Shown: piece by piece, positions 57,018-64,000 of the stretch
Layout: each line of letters begins with the position of its first letter
How positions within the stretch are numbered: position 1 is the stretch's first letter
Virus record (IMG/VR): IMGVR_UViG_3300005683_000013
Reading direction: 5' to 3' (one strand)
DNA: 64,000 nt
Origin: an uncultured virus (IMG/VR IMGVR_UViG_3300005683_000013)
Taxonomy: Duplodnaviria > Heunggongvirae > Uroviricota > Caudoviricetes
Made by a program: the position numbers and the translations under genes
Notes under the pieces: model-generated
What the model saw: only the letters and a program-made list of their open reading frames with translations
Databases searched by the model: none
Told to the model about the DNA's origin: nothing

Positions 57018-57482
57018 ATGAACATGAGAATGACTGTGAAACAACTTCGCTTTATCTTGTCTGAGGCGGTAGGTAATGAAATTGACACAAGGATCGCTGA
57101 ATTTACGAGAAACATCATAAACGTTTCAGAGAAATTTGTGAATTCATTGGTTGCCGATACCCGAGACGCCGCCGCAGCAAAACAATTACAAAAATTGAGC
57201 ACAGACGCAGCAAGTTACGCAAAATGGTTATTGGGTCGAAGAGAACCAAAAGGCGAACAATTTGCCATGCTAACAAAACTATGTGGCGATCTTGCTGCAT
57301 CGAGTGGATTTTGGTCGACACCATCGTTTTTAAACAAGCCACAACATGTAGAAAGCATGCAAAAAATCTTTCGTAAGATGCAATCAATCAGTGGACCATT
57401 GATGACAAAAACATCAAAGTCTGGCACTTACGCTAAAAAGAGCATAAGCATGGACGATGATTCAGAAAAAAAGATAGCATAA
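57018..57482 (+). CDS. hypothetical protein
   Basis: N-terminal MRMTVKQLRFILSE. Confidence 0.65.
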   Translation: MNMRMTVKQLRFILSEAVGNEIDTRIAEFTRNIINVSEKFVNSLVADTRDAAAAKQLQKLSTDAASYAKWLLGRREPKGEQFAMLTKLCGDLAASSGFWSTPSFLNKPQHVESMQKIFRKMQSISGPLMTKTSKSGTYAKKSISMDDDSEKKIA

Positions 57483-57697
57483 TCACGAATCTGGATAATA
57501 AATTGGCGTTATCCAGATTCCTTCATACGTTGTCAAATAACGACGTTTATCTTCTGAGTAATAGTCTTCAATAAATTGCAACGCTAACTCTTCATTTTCA
57601 AACTCTTGCAAAATTTCTGCCTTAAAACATGGCACAATTTTTTGACAAGAGTTTTTAATTTGTGTTTGTGCCATTGACATGACAGCGAATCGTTTGA

Positions 57698-58819
57698 TCA
57701 TTTTCTTCTCAAGCCTGAAAAAATCTGAATAATAATCGCAAAGACGCCAAACAACCACCCAAATATTAGCGGAATGACGCTTGTGTTTTTTGTGACCTGT
57801 TGAACAATTTCTTTGTGTTCTGGTTTGTAAGCTTGAATCTGAACCGTCGGAACGTCCTCTTCGATCATGACAGGTTCAATTTCATACACAGGTGACTCTT
57901 TTGGTTTTTCAACGACGTGAAGTGAAGTGTCTGTCATCCACGATCGTTTTGCAATTTCCAAAGAGTTTTTCGGCAACTCGATCCCAAACAATTTCTCAAC
58001 TGTTTCTCTTATTTCATTGTAACGTCTTGACCAAATTCCAATTCCAGAATTAATCACAAGTTGATAACAAATATCAAGACACCATGCGGGCGACCATTTT
58101 TCAAACTTTGATAACTTGACAGCGATGCCAATCATCTTCGTCGCGGCTGCAGGATTATTCACAGCATATGAAACACAAATTGCTTTAATCGCGCCAAACC
58201 ATTTATCAGTGCCAGGATCATCAACTGTTGGAAATAACACATCCTTTTTTACACCGTACCACGATAACAACCGTGGCACTGTAAAATCAGTTTGAGCAGA
58301 ACATGCTTCGGCGTTTTCCCAAATATTCGCCATCGAAGCGGCCCAGGTTTTTGCGTATGTCTTTCTTGATTCTGACCACGTACCAAACGTTCCAGGACCT
58401 CCCAAGTACAATTTCTCTTGAAGGGCACGAGAATTCACTTCTTGATTTCCAAGGAAGAACCTATATTTGCCTGCACCGTTTTTTCTAAAGTCGGCTGAAG
58501 CCATCTGGAGAGCTGGTTTGAGTGTGGTTATAACATACTCAAGACCACACCGTTCGGCAACGGCACCTAACATGTCGCATACAGAAAATTGACCGCCGTC
58601 GCACCACTGGATGACGCCAACTGTCATGATACAAGAATCATAACAATTCACTGCATCAAAGTGACCTCCTTCGGCTGCGGTGGTGACAGCCATGAGTTTT
58701 TGTTCAAATGACGCAGAATCGTCAATTTGTGGAAATTTAACTTTCCCCCAATAAACGGGTCCTTCATAATCCTTGTAACTACCCCAACGTACGTCTTTTA
58801 CTGTGACTGGCATAACCAT
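57698..58819 (-). CDS. putative lysozyme-fold cell-wall hydrolase with C-terminal TM
   Basis: AEGGHFDAVNCYD...TVGVIQW; hydrophobic tail ending RRK. Confidence 0.5.
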   Translation of the reverse strand: MVMPVTVKDVRWGSYKDYEGPVYWGKVKFPQIDDSASFEQKLMAVTTAAEGGHFDAVNCYDSCIMTVGVIQWCDGGQFSVCDMLGAVAERCGLEYVITTLKPALQMASADFRKNGAGKYRFFLGNQEVNSRALQEKLYLGGPGTFGTWSESRKTYAKTWAASMANIWENAEACSAQTDFTVPRLLSWYGVKKDVLFPTVDDPGTDKWFGAIKAICVSYAVNNPAAATKMIGIAVKLSKFEKWSPAWCLDICYQLVINSGIGIWSRRYNEIRETVEKLFGIELPKNSLEIAKRSWMTDTSLHVVEKPKESPVYEIEPVMIEEDVPTVQIQAYKPEHKEIVQQVTKNTSVIPLIFGWLFGVFAIIIQIFSGLRRK

Positions 58820-58847
58820 ACGTATCAATACATGTTGATTAAACGAC

Positions 58848-58870
58848 TGAAGCACCCAAAAGGTGCTTCA
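58848..58870. terminator. hairpin
   Basis: TGAAGCACC-CAAAA-GGTGCTTCA. Confidence 0.5.
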
Positions 58871-58897
58871 AAACATGATTGAAATTTGTAAGACTAG

Positions 58898-59740
58898 TCA
58901 GTCTTTCTCAAACGTGCCAACAAACTTTTTCCACGACTTGTCATTTATGATGCTGTTGAATTGATACGTGGTAAACACGTTTTTCAGAGCATCCCAATCT
59001 GTGATGCCATCACTTGCAACATACTCACGAACCGCGGGTGTCTTGCTAAATCCAATCAACGACTTGTTGAGATCAAACCTTTCTTGACGACCCGGTTTTT
59101 CAGAAAGATACTTCTTGAGAAGTTCTGGATAGTCAACTGTCATTAATTTGTGTGCTGTTTTATCACCACATCCAGCAATTCCAGGAACATTATCGGTGCC
59201 ATCGCCCCTGAGACATTTCCAATCAACGTAGTCATATTGTGGTGCGACGACAAATTCTTTCTTCACTGGATTGTAGAGACTAAAACGAGATGTCGACGAA
59301 TATTCTTGGACCGACTGAGTGAAATCGGTGTCAGATGACGCCACAACGACTGAATGTCCCTGACCAAGAAACTCTCCTGCTAAGCAGTGAATCACATCAT
59401 CACATTCAAAATCAGGATGTTTGATGACGGTGATCGGTAGGTGTTTTAGCAACTGAATGACTTCAGTTGCGTCAGCGTAAAACTCAGTGTTCTCTGCAAG
59501 TTTTGATTCGTAATTCTTGTCGTTTTTGTCAAGTTGACGATTTGCTTTATAACTCTCCTGAAGATCATAACGATGTTTCGGTCGACCTTCAAGAACAAAA
59601 CAAACCTTATCAGCCTTGAGCACATCAACAATTGATCGAAGATTTCTGAAAAAATTGAAAATCAAAGCATGCGGGCCCTCATTGAATCCAACTCGAGCCC
59701 GATGCATAAAATTCATTCCGTCAATTAGCAGGACGTTCAT
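58898..59740 (-). CDS. 5'-3' exonuclease / flap endonuclease (phage RNase H type)
   Basis: LLIDG, YKANR, ECDDVI, SSDTDF, GDGTDNVPGI.G.G.KTA. Confidence 0.92.
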   Translation of the reverse strand: MNVLLIDGMNFMHRARVGFNEGPHALIFNFFRNLRSIVDVLKADKVCFVLEGRPKHRYDLQESYKANRQLDKNDKNYESKLAENTEFYADATEVIQLLKHLPITVIKHPDFECDDVIHCLAGEFLGQGHSVVVASSDTDFTQSVQEYSSTSRFSLYNPVKKEFVVAPQYDYVDWKCLRGDGTDNVPGIAGCGDKTAHKLMTVDYPELLKKYLSEKPGRQERFDLNKSLIGFSKTPAVREYVASDGITDWDALKNVFTTYQFNSIINDKSWKKFVGTFEKD

Positions 59741-59771
59741 GTCCTGAATCTATCATCACTAACACAAATGT

Positions 59772-60119
59772 TCACCACTCACCTCCACCAAAAGTGCTAA
59801 GACATGTCGAAGCGTGTATTTCATCACGACGTTTCTGAATAAAAGCGCGCCAGTCGTTGCCCGCTTTTTCACCAAATGTCTGATGCACTGTTGCTATGTC
59901 AGGAGCACCGTAACAATCATAACCAAAAAATAATGCTTGCCATTTCCCGTCAATAAAACCTTTTACATGCATCGGCTGACGAATTTTCTCAATCGCAGAA
60001 TTCATCTCACTTTCACTGCCAAATGATAGATGACCTCCATGCGTTCTATAAACATCATGACACGTTGTATCTGAACTATAGGTAAATGGGTTACACAATT
60101 TCATATAATTCACTTTCAA
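59772..60119 (-). CDS. hypothetical protein
   Basis: Coupled ORF. Confidence 0.55.
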   Translation of the reverse strand: MKVNYMKLCNPFTYSSDTTCHDVYRTHGGHLSFGSESEMNSAIEKIRQPMHVKGFIDGKWQALFFGYDCYGAPDIATVHQTFGEKAGNDWRAFIQKRRDEIHASTCLSTFGGGEW

Positions 60120-60730
60120 TGATGCGTTGGTTTTTCACCGCTTGACAACATTTTTTTGTATGCGTCCATAAACGGTTTCAGCCCACCATCAAGCACGGCC
60201 TGCACATAAGTCTCTTGATGATTTGTCACATGATCAATGACAAGATAGATAGGTGACATCATGTATGTACGTCGATACTCATCTGGAGTCGTACAATCAT
60301 TCGAAATGAACTGATTGTTCTTTTCAAAGGAATCAAGCGTAACGTTATCGTGATTACGCAAAATCACGTTATCATTAACTCCGAGGATGCGAACTGTTGC
60401 AAGACTCGATTGCTGATTACTTGTCGCAACAAGCCCAGAAGGAGAAACAAGATTGCTTTTTAGACAATGAATGCCGGCTTCTGGACTGTAAAGATCATGT
60501 GCTCCGTCACCTTCAAACAATATTGAAGCCAAATTAACATACTCATCAGAGTTCTGTACATCAACATATGAAATACCTAAGATTTCACATTTCAATCCGA
60601 GGTGCTCTGCACTACGAAGATACATGCGCATCAACGTTCGAACCCAGCTCGCAGAACGCAACCCTCCTGGACCTGCAGAGATGGTAAGAATCACAGAAGA
60701 ATATTGACAAATATCATCATTGTGTTGCAT
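60116..60730 (-). CDS. RF2-like peptide chain release factor fragment lacking the GGQ domain
   Basis: ISAGPGG...W...LMRMYLR, EAGIH.L, RTY...V.DH.T...VQAVLDG. Confidence 0.8.
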   Translation of the reverse strand: MQHNDDICQYSSVILTISAGPGGLRSASWVRTLMRMYLRSAEHLGLKCEILGISYVDVQNSDEYVNLASILFEGDGAHDLYSPEAGIHCLKSNLVSPSGLVATSNQQSSLATVRILGVNDNVILRNHDNVTLDSFEKNNQFISNDCTTPDEYRRTYMMSPIYLVIDHVTNHQETYVQAVLDGGLKPFMDAYKKMLSSGEKPTHH

Positions 60731-60934
60731 TTGTTACCTCGTAAAGACAACCTTACCACAACGCTGGTCACTTTTCACTCAAATCTTGATACAAAATCAA
60801 CTGGAACCATATTTGGGAATTGAATCCACATATCGAATTCCTCCTTCGACATCTTAAGGAACTCATGCAACGGAACGTCAGCACTTTTCTCATGCCATTC
60901 GTCAACAAGATCGTCAATGTCGATTGTTTTCATG

Positions 60935-61174
60935 TCAAATCTCCAAATAAGGTTTGATTTTTATTTCCCACCACAAATACACAGTGCACACTAATTTTTC
61001 GATGGTTGAAACTTGTCTGGTTCTGAGCCGCCGTGAACGTTTATATCCTGGCATTGGCTCATGGATTTCACCAGGATATATTGGCACGTAGTGTCTTCTT
61101 GAAAGAATAAGTTGTGCCGTCTTTATCGCCTGTTGTTTTGCAATTTCAAAATCATGTGACATCATCACCACCAC
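60935..61174 (-). CDS. hypothetical protein
   Basis: ORF track. Confidence 0.5.
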   Translation of the reverse strand: MVVMMSHDFEIAKQQAIKTAQLILSRRHYVPIYPGEIHEPMPGYKRSRRLRTRQVSTIEKLVCTVYLWWEIKIKPYLEI

Positions 61175-61539
61175 AAGTGTCCAAAATACTTCCCAAACAA
61201 TTGTGATGCTTTTTCGTGACGTTCCATGGTTTTGGGTGAAAAATCAGTCGACGACGAATCATCAAATCCTTCAAGATACCAAATGATTTCATCAATGATT
61301 GAATGCCACTCTTCAAGAGTCAAATCAAACGGTGTTCCATTGGTTTTCTTTCTGAAAACACGCAATCGTGGTAATATGTACGCGGCGGTGTTTTGAGCAA
61401 CGTTCCAACTCGCAGAATCATCCCAACCACGTGTCAATCGTTGAAACAAGAACTTGACTGCACGCTTCCTTGTCCTCAAAGGACCCTTAAAAATGCTTAC
61501 AACCAACTGTGGAATTGAAAAAACACATTCATTTTTCAT
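61165..61539 (-). CDS. hypothetical phage protein
   Basis: QRLTRGWDD...LFGKYFGHLW. Confidence 0.65.
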   Translation of the reverse strand: MKNECVFSIPQLVVSIFKGPLRTRKRAVKFLFQRLTRGWDDSASWNVAQNTAAYILPRLRVFRKKTNGTPFDLTLEEWHSIIDEIIWYLEGFDDSSSTDFSPKTMERHEKASQLFGKYFGHLWW

Positions 61540-61700
61540 TTTTTATCTCAACAGGAAAACACATTCATGACCATTATGAACAACTTTTATTGCTGACACT
61601 TTACTTGACAGTAAATGTAACATCAATGCACGGCGAAGGACTTCGTGTTTTGTCGTATCTAACTCAATTGCTAACTTTAAAAAATCGTTATGTGTCATGT

Positions 61701-62282
61701 CTAAAATCGACCACGACTGAGACTTTTTGCGATTGAAAATCGTGGATCTGCGTATCCTGTCCCGTAAATCCAACGCCAGTCACCGTAAGATCGATAACCG
61801 TAACTACCTATCTCGATTCCATTGAGTTCGAGATCGTAACCATCATATGTACCGCGCAAGTGGCAATCATCTCCGGGATGCAACGTATGAAAAAATGATC
61901 TAGCAATGCGTGCTGTTTCTATAATCTTTGAAGTGATGGCTTGTGGACTATCAAGTCCACCAGGACACGTATCGAATAATTCGACCTTCATAAAATATCG
62001 CTGATGTGTTTTATCAATCGCATCAGGACGAAAACACGGAGTAACAGCGACGTATTTACCATTGAGAGGTGTTCCATTCAACAACAAATGAATGAACGAC
62101 TGTTCTGCACTCCCAACCAAAAGTCCGTCTTGCGTTCTAAGCGGTACTACGTCAACTGGAAGCGTTACGTTGATCGCTTCTTCACATGCATACCAGGGAA
62201 CTTCAATATATTGATAACCTTCGGCGTGATAATAATCTATGGCTGCTGCGATATGATTCCAATATATCAAATTTTGCGACAA
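61701..62282 (-). CDS. minimal class II aminoacyl-tRNA synthetase-like protein
   Basis: GYQYIEVP, GSAEQ, TPCFR...FMKVEL, EIGS, GTGYADPR. Confidence 0.7.
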   Translation of the reverse strand: MSQNLIYWNHIAAAIDYYHAEGYQYIEVPWYACEEAINVTLPVDVVPLRTQDGLLVGSAEQSFIHLLLNGTPLNGKYVAVTPCFRPDAIDKTHQRYFMKVELFDTCPGGLDSPQAITSKIIETARIARSFFHTLHPGDDCHLRGTYDGYDLELNGIEIGSYGYRSYGDWRWIYGTGYADPRFSIAKSLSRGRF

Positions 62283-62291
62283 GTTACACTC

Positions 62292-62912
62292 CTATCTCTT
62301 TTGTTCAAGAATCATCTGTTGGATTATCTCTTTGGTCTCTTCAGAGTACTTGAAATATTTACAAGCATCGCTTGGAACTGTTGATCGAGCAAGGCGACGT
62401 TCTTCCTCAAACCGATGAACAAAGGAGTGCAATCCTTTGAGGGTTTCGATGTTGAAGGGACGTGCTTCGTACCCGACAAATTCCCATGTAGAGCCATGTC
62501 GGAGCGCTTCGGCTCGAACGCGTTCAGGATCCAGCTCACGGGGGTCCCCGAACATGACGAAAATGTTGAGATGAGGGGTTACCGGCTTGGGTTCGTAGTC
62601 TGGCTTGTACTTCCGGGCGAATTTCGCAAAGCGGTCTGTCATCTCCTTGGGGAGTGTTTGGGCCACAACGATACTCAAACGGCCATCGGCGGACTCTGAG
62701 TAGGCAAAGGCATCAGCTACTCGTGCTACATCATGAATCCCTTCCTTTTGAATCCCTAATGGGTAGAAGAAGTCATAGAGCTTATCACGTAAATCCCACA
62801 ATATATTGAAATACGGAGTGTCGCAATGTGGCTGATGCATCTTTAAAACATCTTGTTGCCACTCTTTTAACATCAATTGATCAAATGTTTCTCTATCCAT
62901 GATAACGATCAT
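62292..62912 (-). CDS. hypothetical protein
   Basis: 206-aa ORF. Confidence 0.65.
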   Translation of the reverse strand: MIVIMDRETFDQLMLKEWQQDVLKMHQPHCDTPYFNILWDLRDKLYDFFYPLGIQKEGIHDVARVADAFAYSESADGRLSIVVAQTLPKEMTDRFAKFARKYKPDYEPKPVTPHLNIFVMFGDPRELDPERVRAEALRHGSTWEFVGYEARPFNIETLKGLHSFVHRFEEERRLARSTVPSDACKYFKYSEETKEIIQQMILEQKR

Positions 62913-63063
62913 ATCATGTTATGAAACAATTTACATCTCCCTTTCTCCATCTTGGAAAGCACTCTTTGTCAAGTCTGACATCTTTTTCAGATCTGACATC
63001 GTGCAACCGTAACTCACCACGACGTGCAGAACCAATTCAATTTTGTTTGACATGAGTCAAACT

Positions 63064-63432
63064 TTATACGGAGAGTGGGCGAATTACAATCACTTCATAT
63101 CCATATGATTCAGCCGTCTTAATCATGTTTTTGGTGCCTGGGCTACTCGCCGATTCATCAAGAAAAGCCACGACAACATCAGGATTCGTTTCCAACAACA
63201 TTTTCTTGTTGCGAATCGGGCCTGCGGCTTTTCCCATTTTTTTCCAATCGTCACGTGAGACAGGATACTTGACAATCTTAAACCCTAACTCTTCGGCAAC
63301 GACGTGTGCAATCGTGTCAGCACCAATTGCATCACCATGAACGATTGTCGTTCCGCTAGGAAACTTTGACAAGACATCAATGACAAGTTGTTCGTCTTTC
63401 CAATGACGACTTCCGCTGACCAATACAATCAT
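63064..63432 (-). CDS. SLOG family protein (YspA/DUF2493-like)
   Basis: VSGSR, VHGDAIGAD, AGPIRN..M, GTKNM. Confidence 0.85.
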   Translation of the reverse strand: MIVLVSGSRHWKDEQLVIDVLSKFPSGTTIVHGDAIGADTIAHVVAEELGFKIVKYPVSRDDWKKMGKAAGPIRNKKMLLETNPDVVVAFLDESASSPGTKNMIKTAESYGYEVIVIRPLSV

Positions 63433-63662
63433 AGTTTTTTCCAAACGTTGAAAGGAACCATTTTCAATGTCGTTTTTGACAAGTCAATCGAGTCCCAAAA
63501 GGCTTTCAACTCTTCATCTGAATTTATCTTACCACTTTGCACATACTTTTTCACAAGTTCCTGCAACTCGGTTTTGACGTCTTCTTTCTTTTGATACGAT
63601 GGTGAAATTTTCACCATCTCTTCAAGTATGATTTTACGAATTGTGTTTATTGAAATTTTCAT
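63429..63662 (-). CDS. hypothetical protein
   Basis: N-terminal MKISINTIRKIILEE. Confidence 0.6.
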   Translation of the reverse strand: MKISINTIRKIILEEMVKISPSYQKKEDVKTELQELVKKYVQSGKINSDEELKAFWDSIDLSKTTLKMVPFNVWKKL

Positions 63663-64000
63663 ATCTGTTCTCAAATATCGCAATGTGTCTATCTGCGACT
63701 TTGTCCCAAGAATTTTCCTTGACGTAATTATTTTGTGTAACGATCTGTTGTGATTTCACTTTTTGATCAGTCAACACGCTTTCAAGCGCTGATGAAAGTT
63801 CTTCCACTGTCTCAGCTTTAATTGTCGGTATGTCGCTAAAGTGATTCACATTTGAACTGACGGTTGCAACACCTTTGCTGAACGCCAACCGAGCGGCACC
63901 ACTTGCACCGAAAACTTCATGCTGAGGATGAGACACGTACGGGAACACGACTGCCTGATTCGTTCGCAAGAACGAATCAAGAGACTCGTCAGACTGAAAC
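63634..64000 (-). CDS. GT-B glycosyltransferase (GT4-like), C-terminal part
   Basis: VVFPY...SGAARLA...VSS...NSWDKVA; runs off window. Confidence 0.7.
   Translation of the reverse strand, partial: FQSDESLDSFLRTNQAVVFPYVSHPQHEVFGASGAARLAFSKGVATVSSNVNHFSDIPTIKAETVEELSSALESVLTDQKVKSQQIVTQNNYVKENSWDKVADRHIAIFENRYENFNKHNS

Noticed and set aside
1..64000. Genome-wide stop-codon reassignment
   Set aside because: Long conserved genes are uninterrupted in code 11, TGA is the usual stop in ATGA overlaps, and TAG and TAA also end genes.

Overview
The window looks like part of a large (jumbo-type) bacteriophage genome, using the standard code; the host cannot be determined. It has dense short hypothetical ORFs, a tRNA cluster, a sigma-70-like factor, MoxR/vWA, a RadA-like ATPase, a DNA methyltransferase, GroEL, UvsE, an MBD4-like glycosylase, a 5'-3' exonuclease and a TnpB element. 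The dominant unexplained structure is two divergent arrays totalling about 75 tiny (mostly 55-110 aa), often translationally coupled paralogous genes, on the minus strand at ~29.0-34.3 kb and the plus strand at ~36.8-49.9 kb. Members share an SH3/KOW-like scaffold (G-D/E-L ... hydrophobic strand ... VL[TS]xxGxG[WY][IV]) with hypervariable loops. They show recent duplicates, chimeras and pseudogenes, and flank a repeat-rich, mostly non-coding hub. Other notable items are an apparently split sigma factor, a recurrent GTGWAA-N17-TAnnnT promoter giving leaderless mRNAs, a ~240-nt tRNA-ended structured RNA, tRNAs with rare anticodons, and a release-factor homolog lacking GGQ. All calls come from reading motifs by eye; no database searches were run.
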